The notes under the pieces: model-generated
The model's input: only the letters and a program-made list of their open reading frames with translations
Database searches by the model: none
What the model was told of the DNA's origin: nothing
Shown here: positions 36,736 through 45,435 of the stretch, one piece after another
Numbering within the stretch: position 1 is the first letter of the stretch
Layout of the letters: the number at the start of each line of letters is the position of its first letter
IMG/VR virus record: IMGVR_UViG_3300037424_001593
Coordinates: 1 to 64,000 of that record
Reading direction: 5' to 3' (one strand)
From: a virus
Taxonomy: Duplodnaviria > Caudoviricetes
Length of the DNA: 64,000 nucleotides
Position numbers and translations under genes: made by a program

Positions 36736-37598
36736 GCTACAGGGTACAGGTCATCGCCGATTCGATTGCGCACGGCGTGCGCCTCACGACGCTCGAGGTA
36801 GAGTTTCCGCGGTTCATTCTCGCAGAGCTCAACACGCACAGAATGCTCTCGCGCAATAGCGCGAGCTCGCGTGCGATCCCGACACACAAACGTGTGGAGG
36901 CAGTGCTCACGGAGCCATTCGTACCTGCGGTGTGGCTTGCGAACCAAGCAGGCATGCAGGCTGCAGAGCCTCTCGAACCTTGGGCGCAAGAGGAAGCTAC
37001 CAAGGCGTGGCTTGAGATCCGCGACGCATGTGTGAAGGGTGCAAAGCGCCTCGCAGAGCTCAACGTACACAAGCAGTGGGCGAACCGCCCGCTCGAGCTC
37101 CACGGCTGGCATACCGTCGTGATCACCGCCACGGATTGGCGCAACTTCTTTGCGCTGCGCGTGAGTGAACAAGCGCAGCCGGAGTTCGATGCGATCGCGC
37201 GATTGATGCTCGAAACAATGAAGCGCTCGCAGCCTGTCGAGCTACAGTATTACAACTGCGAGTGGCATCTTCCGTATGTTACTGCGGAAGAGCGAGCCGC
37301 GGGCGACGAGCACACTCTCGTGAAGCTTTCAACTGCACGCTGCGCGCGCGTCTCGTACCTGACGCACGATGGTGTGCGGGACCCCGCAAAGGACATTGCA
37401 CTTCACGACAGTTTGCTTCTGAACAGACACATGAGTCCATTCGAGCACCCCGCGCAATGCAGCGACGCAGAGCCAGCGGAGATGTACCTCAACGACTACT
37501 ACGGCAACTTTCGGTGGCCGTGGAGACAGTATCGCAAGAGCATCACTGGCGAAGGCGGTGCACCCACACCGTTCGACATCCCGGGAGTTGCGCGATGA
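36732..37598 (+). CDS. thyX: FAD-dependent thymidylate synthase ThyX
   Basis: AELNTHRMLSRNSASSRAIP (ThyX RHRxxSxxxxSxR-like), WRNFFALR, AQPEF, HMSPFEH. Confidence 0.92.
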   Translation: MSYRVQVIADSIAHGVRLTTLEVEFPRFILAELNTHRMLSRNSASSRAIPTHKRVEAVLTEPFVPAVWLANQAGMQAAEPLEPWAQEEATKAWLEIRDACVKGAKRLAELNVHKQWANRPLELHGWHTVVITATDWRNFFALRVSEQAQPEFDAIARLMLETMKRSQPVELQYYNCEWHLPYVTAEERAAGDEHTLVKLSTARCARVSYLTHDGVRDPAKDIALHDSLLLNRHMSPFEHPAQCSDAEPAEMYLNDYYGNFRWPWRQYRKSITGEGGAPTPFDIPGVAR

Positions 37599-38029
37599 CC
37601 GAGCTCGTTAACCATCCGAAACACTACACGTCACATCCTAGCGGTATAGAACCGATAGCGCTTTGTCGGCATCTGCCATTTTCCATCGGCAACTGCGTCA
37701 AGTACCTGTTTCGTGCCCCGTACAAGGGAACACAGAAGCTCGACCTCGCAAAAAGTCTCTGGTATTTGGACGACGCGTGGCAGTACGGCAAGGACATCGA
37801 CCTTGCGCGCGGTCCGGTACGCGAGCTCCATGCACGCATCCTACAGATAGACGATGTACTCAGCCGGGTGCTCGCTGCATTGACGCGTGAAGCGCCGCTG
37901 CACCAGCTTCCACCCGTGCCGAACAGCAGCACAGATGTGGATGACTATTTCGCGCGCCACGATGCGTACCTGCGACGCTGTTATCTCGACGCGCGTGCGC
38001 ATATCGAAGCGGAGCTCCTCAGGCTGTGA
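37595..38029 (+). CDS. DUF3310 protein
   Basis: VNHPKHY..GIEPI..FSIGNCVKYLFRA..KG..DLAKSLWYL. Confidence 0.85.
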   Translation: MTELVNHPKHYTSHPSGIEPIALCRHLPFSIGNCVKYLFRAPYKGTQKLDLAKSLWYLDDAWQYGKDIDLARGPVRELHARILQIDDVLSRVLAALTREAPLHQLPPVPNSSTDVDDYFARHDAYLRRCYLDARAHIEAELLRL

Positions 38030-39012
38030 CGATCTCGTATGCCGTCAAAGCGCCGAAAGCGCTCGTCGATCGTCGCTACCTGCACGAAGTGCTCGGCATC
38101 GAGTCTGCGGGCAGCAAGCACGGGAGCACGCGCTGGAAGCGCATGCGGAAATGCGCGCGCGAGGAGCAGCTCTATACGCTCGGCGTCCGCAAGAAGGCGA
38201 TCGCCGTCGAGGACCGAGACAGTCTCGACTTCGGCACGCTCTTCCACATGGGGCTCGAGGTCTACTACAAGGCGATGCGCGCCGGAAAGACGATGCGCGA
38301 GGGCATCGACGCGTGCTGGTACGCGCTCGATGTCATCGCGGAGGAGCCGGGCTACGAAGAGCTCTTCGCGGACCTCGATCGATCCATCACAAGCTACTTC
38401 GAGTTCGCGGAAAACGACAACTGGGAGATCCTCTGCGTCGAGGACACGTTCTCGCGACAGCTCGTGTACACGCTCGAAGTTCGCGGCGTAAAGCACAAGA
38501 TCGTCGAGCCCTACAGCGCGCGCCTCGATCTCGTGATTCGGGATCGTGCGACGACGGGCGTGCGCATCGTCGAGCACAAGACGACGAAGCGCATGACCGA
38601 CGACTACCTCGTGGGCTACGAAGCGGATATCCAGACGCTCGGGCAGTGCTGGCTTCTCGAGCCTTCGCTCCCGCTCCTTGGGCGCTGGGACGGCATCAGC
38701 GTCAACATCACGACGCGGCCCTCTGCGCGAAAGCCTCCGACGCATCACCGCTCGAACATTCTCTTTTCGCCGTACCACATCGCCGAGTTCGAAAAGAGCA
38801 TGGCTGCAGAGGCGATGCTGAACGAGCTCAGGCGGGATCTGCACTACCCGAAGTCGCTCGGCAACTGCAACGGAGCCGTGAACTGGTTCAAGCAGTGCAG
38901 CTACTTCGATCTCTGCCATCGTGCTGCGTCGTTCAACATTTTGCCGAACATGGTCGATGATGATCTGCCATACGGCTATACGATGCGTGCTGACATTCCT
39001 CTCGAAGAGTGA
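38026..39012 (+). CDS. Cas4-like PD-(D/E)xK exonuclease with Fe-S cluster
   Basis: KCARE, FGTLFH, ARLDLV, IVEHKTT, C-x9-C-x5-C at C-terminus. Confidence 0.85.
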   Translation: MTISYAVKAPKALVDRRYLHEVLGIESAGSKHGSTRWKRMRKCAREEQLYTLGVRKKAIAVEDRDSLDFGTLFHMGLEVYYKAMRAGKTMREGIDACWYALDVIAEEPGYEELFADLDRSITSYFEFAENDNWEILCVEDTFSRQLVYTLEVRGVKHKIVEPYSARLDLVIRDRATTGVRIVEHKTTKRMTDDYLVGYEADIQTLGQCWLLEPSLPLLGRWDGISVNITTRPSARKPPTHHRSNILFSPYHIAEFEKSMAAEAMLNELRRDLHYPKSLGNCNGAVNWFKQCSYFDLCHRAASFNILPNMVDDDLPYGYTMRADIPLEE

Positions 39013-39785
39013 TATCTAGGATCACCGCAATGCTACACATCCAGAACACACGTGAAGTCATGCAGCCTTGGATTCACTGTCTCTTCTACGGGGACAGCGG
39101 ATCAGGTAAGACGACGCTCGCTTCGACATTTCCCGACCCGCTGTTCGTCGTGCCTGCACGCGAGCGCAGCGAGCTCACACTCGCAGGCCAGGACATCCCG
39201 TTCGTGCGCGTAGGCATCGACGAGAACGAAAAGCCGCTTCCGCCGATGAAGCACATGCTCACTGTGCTTCGCGAAATCGAGAAGCGCCATGCAGCTATGG
39301 GCGCCGCGGTGATCGCGGGGGACGAAGCAGCAGCTGCGGCGCATTTTCCGTGGCAGACGCTCGTCTTCGAGTCGCTCTCGCACTACGTGAGCGACATCCA
39401 AATCGAAATCTCGGGTGGGCGTCAGATGGATCAACAGGGCTGGGGCAAGCTCTACGACCACATGCGTGAGCTCCACATGCGTCTTCGCGCGCTGCAGTGC
39501 CATGTCGTCTTCACGTCGCTCGCGAAGGTGGACGGTGAAGGCACCGCAGCAACGGGCGGTCCGTCGCTCTCCGGGCAGACGGGAAAGCTCTTGCCGAGCG
39601 CGTGCGACATCGTCGGGTACTGCGTCGCGCTCGAGCGCAGCAACCAAGACACGAACTACCAGCTCTACCTGAAGCAGCATCGCGTTTTCCCTGCGCGCTC
39701 ACGCTTCAAGACGATGCCGAAGTACTGGGAGAACCCGAGCTTCGCGCAGTTCGCGCCTTACATCCCTGGTCTCACGCCTGGTTGA
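39009..39785 (+). CDS. AAA_24 / Sak4-like phage ATPase
   Basis: LFYGDSGSGKTT, LVFESLS, QGWGKL, PSACDIVGY. Confidence 0.85.
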   Translation: MISRITAMLHIQNTREVMQPWIHCLFYGDSGSGKTTLASTFPDPLFVVPARERSELTLAGQDIPFVRVGIDENEKPLPPMKHMLTVLREIEKRHAAMGAAVIAGDEAAAAAHFPWQTLVFESLSHYVSDIQIEISGGRQMDQQGWGKLYDHMRELHMRLRALQCHVVFTSLAKVDGEGTAATGGPSLSGQTGKLLPSACDIVGYCVALERSNQDTNYQLYLKQHRVFPARSRFKTMPKYWENPSFAQFAPYIPGLTPG

Positions 39786-39839
39786 CAACAACTGGGGCAG
39801 TACGATAAACGATACGAACACACGAGAGGAATAGCGACA

Positions 39840-40379
39840 ATGACGATTCGATACGGCGGCGGAAGTGGTGATTTCCCGGTCTACGAGCCTGGCACGTACG
39901 ACCTCGAGATCATGGAAGCCAACCAGAAGACGGCGAAGAGCGGTAATCCGCAGCTCGTCGTGAAGTTTCAGTTCGTCGGGGGCCGTTACGACGGCAAGAC
40001 GATCACGGGCTTCTACTCGCTCATGGAGAGCGCGGGCTGGCGCGTGAATCTGCTCACCGATGCAGCGGGCATCGAGCGCTCGGAGGTCGCACGTACGGCC
40101 GACGACGTGCCGGTGTACGAGTTCGAGGAGGGTGATCTCCTCGGCTGCATCATCCGTGCGGACATCACGGTCAGCACGTACGAGGGCAAGGAGCGCAACA
40201 ACATCAACAAGGAGCAGCCGGCGCCGAGCTCGGTCGATCAGGCGACCAAGCCGAAGACCGATGCAGCACCCGCAGCTCCGGCGAGCGCACCGGCTGCAGC
40301 AGCGCAGGCGGCACCCGAGGCAGCGCCCGCGCAGGCGGGTCGCTTCTCTCGTCCGGCTCGACGCGCGGCGGGGGCCTGA
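39840..40379 (+). CDS. DUF669-like single-stranded DNA-binding protein
   Basis: PGTYDLEI, AKSGNPQL, YEGKERNNI, low-complexity tail; follows AAA_24. Confidence 0.75.
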   Translation: MTIRYGGGSGDFPVYEPGTYDLEIMEANQKTAKSGNPQLVVKFQFVGGRYDGKTITGFYSLMESAGWRVNLLTDAAGIERSEVARTADDVPVYEFEEGDLLGCIIRADITVSTYEGKERNNINKEQPAPSSVDQATKPKTDAAPAAPASAPAAAAQAAPEAAPAQAGRFSRPARRAAGA

Positions 40380-40852
40380 TGACCAACGGTCTGAACGGCC
40401 TCGGCGACGGCACGACCTCCCGCGAAGAGCAGATGGCGCTCCAACAAATCGCCATCGCCAACGCGGGGATCTTGCAGTTCGCCATCCCGCACGCGCCTCC
40501 GCAGGAGCTGGTCGGACGGCTCGTTCAGGCGTTCGTCACCCAGCCCGACCTCGCGGAAGAGGTGCTCTCCATCGTGGCGGACCCGGACGCGCGTGTGAGT
40601 CATCCGGTGTGGGGCGTGAAAATCGTCCGCACGTCGGACGAGTTCATGCTCGCGCACGTGCACGCGCGCAAAGTGCTCGATCCGAACTCACCCACGTACG
40701 CTGCGGAGCTCGGCAATTGGCTTCTCATTCTCGCGTACGTCACGACGCCCGCATGCCGGGTTGCGTGGGGTCCGCTCGGCGTGCGCGTGGAGTTCTACCA
40801 AGCCAAAGACGACACACAGAAACCTGCGCTCCCTGAAGTCACGGGCGGTTGA
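40379..40852 (+). CDS. Hypothetical protein
   Basis: TGATG overlap; coherent codon usage. Confidence 0.6.
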   Translation: MTNGLNGLGDGTTSREEQMALQQIAIANAGILQFAIPHAPPQELVGRLVQAFVTQPDLAEEVLSIVADPDARVSHPVWGVKIVRTSDEFMLAHVHARKVLDPNSPTYAAELGNWLLILAYVTTPACRVAWGPLGVRVEFYQAKDDTQKPALPEVTGG

Positions 40853-40861
40853 GGATCACAG

Positions 40862-41149
40862 ATGGCACAGAGCAAAACGACCAAGAAGCGCGTCGCCCGG
40901 ACAACCGGTAGCGACCACCTCACGACCCTTCTGAAGAAGGGGTGTACCACGGAGCAGTACGCAGAGGCTGCGGGCGTCGAGATCTCGACAGCGCGTGTGC
41001 GTCTTCGCGCTGCGCTGCAGAACAAAGAGATCGTGCGGTACATGCCCACGCCCTCGAAGGACGAACAGAAGGCACGCTCGAGCGCAACGCTCTTGAGCTA
41101 CGGCACGGCGACGCGAGTCCGCCGCAAGCCCCACTACAAGTTTGCCTGA
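40862..41149 (+). CDS. Small basic HTH-like protein
   Basis: CTTEQYAEAAGVEISTARVRL. Confidence 0.55.
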   Translation: MAQSKTTKKRVARTTGSDHLTTLLKKGCTTEQYAEAAGVEISTARVRLRAALQNKEIVRYMPTPSKDEQKARSSATLLSYGTATRVRRKPHYKFA

Positions 41150-41335
41150 GGGCGGACTTGCGTCTCGGACGCTCGTGCGTTCGAGTCTCACGATGATGCA
41201 CGCAGACCCGGCACGTTTCTTCGTGGGCACGACGAAGCGTGTTCTCCCCCACTGCAGCGCATCTTCGTGAGACTCGAGAGCACGGCTGTAAGCCCAAAAT
41301 CTTGGTTGCACCCAAGACTTTGCGGTGGGCCGCCC
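41150..41335. ncRNA. 186-nt rod-like structured RNA candidate (6S-like architecture, strand unresolved)
   Basis: Closing stem GGGCGG/CCGCCC; 20-bp stem 41174-41193/41265-41284 (one mismatch, one G.U); hairpins in central bubble. Confidence 0.5.
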
Positions 41336-41385
41336 GTTGTCGCGTGCAAGCGCTGCGGGCACTCTCGACTTTTTAGGGGTGGACG

Positions 41386-44300
41386 ATGGCCGACGGTGAA
41401 GTGACGACGCTCGAGACATTCAGCCCGGAGCTCGCAGATTGCGAGGTCTGTTCGCTGCGCGAGGCGTGCGCCGCACGCAAGTTCGCCACGTCGTTCGTGG
41501 GCCCGAAGTACAAGCGCGGCGGACTCATGGTCGTCGGTGAGATGCCGACGCGTCGCGACATCCAGCAGGGCATCGCGTTCTCAGGACGCGAGGGCGAGCT
41601 CTTGCGCGGTATCCTCGGCGACGAGCTCGCGCACATCGATCCTGCCACCGTGTGGTTCACGAACGCCTTGCTCACAGAGCAGCCGGGTCTTCGTGGCGCG
41701 AAGAACGACGCGAATAAGAAGGCTGCGCTCGCGCAGTACGCAAAGAACCTCTACGCGTGTCAGCCGCGGCTTGTTGCTGAGATCGAGTACGCGCAGCCTC
41801 GCGTCATCGTCACGCTCGGGCAGGGTGCGCTCGACGCGCTTACCTCGCGCGAAGAGCAGAAGGTGCGGCTCATCGACGTGCCGTGCGAGCACTGCGATCC
41901 CGTAGACCGCAAGATCGGGCCCTTCATGGTGTGCGCCGGGTCCGTGCACAGCGAGGACGAGACCGTCGTCGGGTGCAAGCACCGCACGCCGCTCCCGGAC
42001 GTCACCCTGTGGTTCGAGAAGCGCCGCGCGCATTTGTCTGCGCTGCTCGAGGCCTACGACGAGGGCGTCATCATGAACGACGCCCACCGTGAAGATCCGG
42101 AGCGCATGGCGCGACAGCACGCGCTCGATGCGCACGTCGCGCAGGCGAACGATCCCACAAAGTGCTGGCGTGCGTGGTGGCTCGAGCAGAACGCGGGCGT
42201 GTGCCCGACGTGCAAGAGCTCGATGCGGAAGATCCGCCCGAAGCGCATCGCGTGCGACGTTTGCGGGGGCAAGAAGAAGCGGCAGGAGATCGAGACGCTC
42301 TTCGTGCGGGAGTACACGCTCACGGGCCGTGAGGGCGCTGTCGGTGCGGTCATCGCTGCGCCGGGATTCGCCGACCTCGGTGTGAAGTACATCATCCCTA
42401 CCTACGCGATGGACGCGCTCCTCGTACCTGCGCGTGATGGCGCAAAGGGCGGCAAGACGGGCGGCACGCTGCAGTTCGGGCAGTACGCGGCGCGCCCGTG
42501 CGTCGATCACTTCTCGAAGGCGAGACGGCTGCTCACGCGGGACGCTGTGTTCAACGTCGATGTGATCACGACCGAGGGCATGAGCTCGGAAGAAGCAGCC
42601 GAGCTCGTACGCGACTACACAGCGGAGCCGGGCACGTACACGGTCGATATCGAGACCGACAGCATGGACGGCGCGTGGAAGGTCACGTGCATCACGTGCA
42701 TCGGGATCAACCGCATCGACTGGGACGACGCGCTCGTTGTCGATACGCGCTGGATCGGTGGACGCTGGCACGAAGGCGATCCGCTCTACGAGGCGCTCGG
42801 TGACTTCCTCGCAGACGAGGCAAAGAAGAAGGTGCTGCACAACGCGCCCTACGATCGCGTCGTCATGCTCCGCCTGTGGGGCTTCGTGACCGAAGGCGTC
42901 GAGGCCGACACGATGCTCGCGCACAACGCGTGCTACCCGGACGAGGAGCACAACCTCGGGTTCTGCGCGCACGAGCTCACCGACGCGCCGATGTGGAAGG
43001 GCGGCGGCGTCACGAAGCAGAAGTTCGACGAGCACAAGCTCTTGTCGGGCTACCGCACGTTCCCTGACCTCGCGCTCTACAACGCGCGCGACCTTCGTGC
43101 GACGAGCAAGGTGCGCGACGCGCTCCTTGGGTACAACGGCAAGGCGCACGGGCGCGTGGACTTCGAGAAGGTGCGCGAGGTCTTCAACACCGACATGCGA
43201 ATGCAGGCGTACTGCATCGACATGGAGGTCAACGGGATGCCGCTCAACCGCAAGCACTTGCAGCTCGTGGACGAAGGGAAGTCCAAAGACGTTGCGCTGC
43301 TTCTGAGCGACATGCGGCAGTTCGTGGGTGAGTGCCCGCCCGAGATCCTCGGTAAGAACGAGCAGTGGCGCCCCACAGGCAAGATGCTCCAGTGGGCGCT
43401 CTACGACCCAACGGGTCCGCTCGGCTTGCCCGTGCTCAAATCGACAACCAAGGGCGGCTCCACGGACAAAGACACGCTGCAGCAGCACATCAGCGTTCCG
43501 TTCGTCCGGACGCTCGTGCAGTACAACAAAGAGGAGTACGTGCTCGCGCACTACGTGCGAAGCAGCGAGCTCGAGACCGCAGAGGATGGGCGGCTGCATC
43601 CGCAGTGGAAGTGCCACGGCGCGCGCACAGGGCGCTTCACCTCGTACCCGAACATGCAGAACTGGCCGCGCTGGATGCGGCAGGCGTTCACAGCGCCCAA
43701 GGGCCGTAAGCTCGTCGGCGCGGACCAAAGCCAGCTCGAGATGCGCATCATGGCTGCGCTCAGCGGCGACGCGGAGATGATCCACCGCTGCGCGACGGCG
43801 AACGAGAAGGACAAGCTCAACCCGGAAGCTGATCCGCACAGTTACATGGCGAGCAAGACGTTCGGCGCCGCGTTCACGGATAAGAACATGGCCGATCCGC
43901 TCCACTACAAGGCGGCGCCCGGACAGCGCGCGTGTAAATGCGAGACGTGTCAGCGCTCGATGCTGCGCGAGATCGTCAAGCGCGTCGTGTACGGCCTGAA
44001 CTACGGCGCAGGCGCGCAGACCGTGCTCGATGCGATCTATGACGCTGGCTACGACGGACCTGCGCTCGACGTGCGCGAGATCGAACGCGTCACCGCGGTC
44101 TACTTCCGCACGTTCCCGGGCGTGCCGATCTGGCGCAACAACACGTACAACGCAGCGCTGCGTGACCGCGAGATCCGAAGCCCGCTGCTCGGCAGACACC
44201 GCATCTTTCCGCTCGGCAGCGTCGATCCCTCGGTCGTGTACAACTACCCGATCCAGAGCGGCGGCGCGGACATCATGGCGCTCGGCCTCATGCGGCTGAT

Positions 44301-44511
44301 GCCCGACCTCGCAGCCGTCGATCCGACCGCTGTGCTCATCGCGCAGATCCACGACGCCATCTACTTCGAGTGCGACGAAGATCGCGCGCACGCTGTGGGC
44401 GAGCTCATCACCGAGCGCATGAGCGCTGAGCACGTGCTTGCACCTGGAGCGCCCGCGATGCCGTTCGTGATGAAGGCCAAGATCGGTGACGATCTATTCG
44501 TATTGAGCTGA
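41386..44511 (+). CDS. polA: Family A DNA polymerase fused to N-terminal family-4 UDG-like domain; 3'-5' exonuclease present
   Basis: UDG: CEVC, VVGEMP, FTNA, QPRVIVTLG; Exo DIETD/HNAPYD/YNARD; Pol GADQSQLEMR, KRVVYGLNYG, NYPIQS, QIHDA. Confidence 0.95.
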   Translation: MADGEVTTLETFSPELADCEVCSLREACAARKFATSFVGPKYKRGGLMVVGEMPTRRDIQQGIAFSGREGELLRGILGDELAHIDPATVWFTNALLTEQPGLRGAKNDANKKAALAQYAKNLYACQPRLVAEIEYAQPRVIVTLGQGALDALTSREEQKVRLIDVPCEHCDPVDRKIGPFMVCAGSVHSEDETVVGCKHRTPLPDVTLWFEKRRAHLSALLEAYDEGVIMNDAHREDPERMARQHALDAHVAQANDPTKCWRAWWLEQNAGVCPTCKSSMRKIRPKRIACDVCGGKKKRQEIETLFVREYTLTGREGAVGAVIAAPGFADLGVKYIIPTYAMDALLVPARDGAKGGKTGGTLQFGQYAARPCVDHFSKARRLLTRDAVFNVDVITTEGMSSEEAAELVRDYTAEPGTYTVDIETDSMDGAWKVTCITCIGINRIDWDDALVVDTRWIGGRWHEGDPLYEALGDFLADEAKKKVLHNAPYDRVVMLRLWGFVTEGVEADTMLAHNACYPDEEHNLGFCAHELTDAPMWKGGGVTKQKFDEHKLLSGYRTFPDLALYNARDLRATSKVRDALLGYNGKAHGRVDFEKVREVFNTDMRMQAYCIDMEVNGMPLNRKHLQLVDEGKSKDVALLLSDMRQFVGECPPEILGKNEQWRPTGKMLQWALYDPTGPLGLPVLKSTTKGGSTDKDTLQQHISVPFVRTLVQYNKEEYVLAHYVRSSELETAEDGRLHPQWKCHGARTGRFTSYPNMQNWPRWMRQAFTAPKGRKLVGADQSQLEMRIMAALSGDAEMIHRCATANEKDKLNPEADPHSYMASKTFGAAFTDKNMADPLHYKAAPGQRACKCETCQRSMLREIVKRVVYGLNYGAGAQTVLDAIYDAGYDGPALDVREIERVTAVYFRTFPGVPIWRNNTYNAALRDREIRSPLLGRHRIFPLGSVDPSVVYNYPIQSGGADIMALGLMRLMPDLAAVDPTAVLIAQIHDAIYFECDEDRAHAVGELITERMSAEHVLAPGAPAMPFVMKAKIGDDLFVLS

Positions 44512-44524
44512 GGAGGAGAACACA

Positions 44525-45085
44525 GTGAGCATTCTAGACGAGACACAGCGACGCATCTACGTCGCCGCATCGAGCGCCACAAGCCAGCGGGCGCGCGTAC
44601 GCGCGTTTCACGACGCCGTCGTCGAGCAAGGTTGGGTGCACTCGCACCCGTGGCTCGATCGGCTCGAGCAGGTCGAGGCCGCAGGGGAAAAGCCCACAGA
44701 CGGTGTGATCGCGCGCTGCGCGTACGAGGACTACCTCGGCGTCATGTTCGCGCATGTGTTCGTGTTCCTGGTGCCGCCGGTGGGTTTCCGCACGAACGCA
44801 ACGGCGGAGTTCGGGATGGCGCTCGGTCTAGGGGTGCCGAAGATCATGCTCGTCGGCGCGCCGGCTGATGTGGACGCGGAGTTTTTCTCGTACCTGCGGC
44901 TCTTGCCGGACGCAGCGTTTGCGAACATCATTACTGTGAGCACAGACGCCGAAGCGCTCTCTGTCTTGCAGTACGCGCGCGAGTCCTCGCTCAAGTTCGC
45001 GAGCATGATGGGCAAGCTGTTCAACACCCTCACGCCACGAGAGCAAGAGCTCGCCACGCGCCTCAACAAAGGAGAGAGCCGATGA
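44525..45085 (+). CDS. Nucleoside 2-deoxyribosyltransferase-like protein
   Basis: IYVAAS, EDYLGV, ATAEFGMALGLGVP. Confidence 0.65.
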   Translation: MSILDETQRRIYVAASSATSQRARVRAFHDAVVEQGWVHSHPWLDRLEQVEAAGEKPTDGVIARCAYEDYLGVMFAHVFVFLVPPVGFRTNATAEFGMALGLGVPKIMLVGAPADVDAEFFSYLRLLPDAAFANIITVSTDAEALSVLQYARESSLKFASMMGKLFNTLTPREQELATRLNKGESR

Positions 45086-45435
45086 CCCCGTTTCAGCTAG
45101 ACCCAGAAGATCGCAGCGACATGCTCAACAAAATGCGCGAAGAGCTCGCGTGGCTGCCTGAGACGATGACACGCGAAGACGCAATCGAGCTCCTAATCCA
45201 GTATTCGACCGTCGTCTCCGCAATCACCGTGGGCATGGGCTTCCAAACGATGGCGCAGTGCGTGCTCGGGGCGAAGGCTGCAGATGTGCCCGCGGCAGAC
45301 GCGCTCGCAGCGCTCGTAGGCACAAGCGAGGAGGTGCTGGCGGAGATCAAAACCGAGGTCGAGCGAGTAGCCGCGGATCACGTCGCATGGATCGCCGAGC
45401 GCAAAGCCGCGCTCGAAGCGGCGAAGGCGCTCTGA
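45082..45435 (+). CDS. Helical hypothetical protein
   Basis: Overlapping start/stop. Confidence 0.55.
   Translation: MTPFQLDPEDRSDMLNKMREELAWLPETMTREDAIELLIQYSTVVSAITVGMGFQTMAQCVLGAKAADVPAADALAALVGTSEEVLAEIKTEVERVAADHVAWIAERKAALEAAKAL

Noticed and set aside
38026-39012. Cas4 as sign of a CRISPR-Cas locus
   Set aside because: No repeat-spacer array or other cas genes seen; context (AAA_24, SSB) is a phage recombination module
26769-39785. DUF3987 or AAA_24 ATPase as the genome-packaging ATPase
   Set aside because: Motifs and neighbours fit replication/recombination roles; neither shows A32/FtsK or terminase signatures
39782-39810. TTGACA promoter upstream of the SSB gene
   Set aside because: Best -10 (TACGAT) is only 13 nt away; spacing is not credible, so it was not annotated
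41581-44433. 950-aa antisense ORF opposite polA (and similar long shadow ORFs at 8008-9369, 14703-15887, 20233-21894, 31090-32283, 37981-38919)
   Set aside because: Typical stop-poor antisense frames of high-GC genes; no motifs, and the sense frame has clear domains
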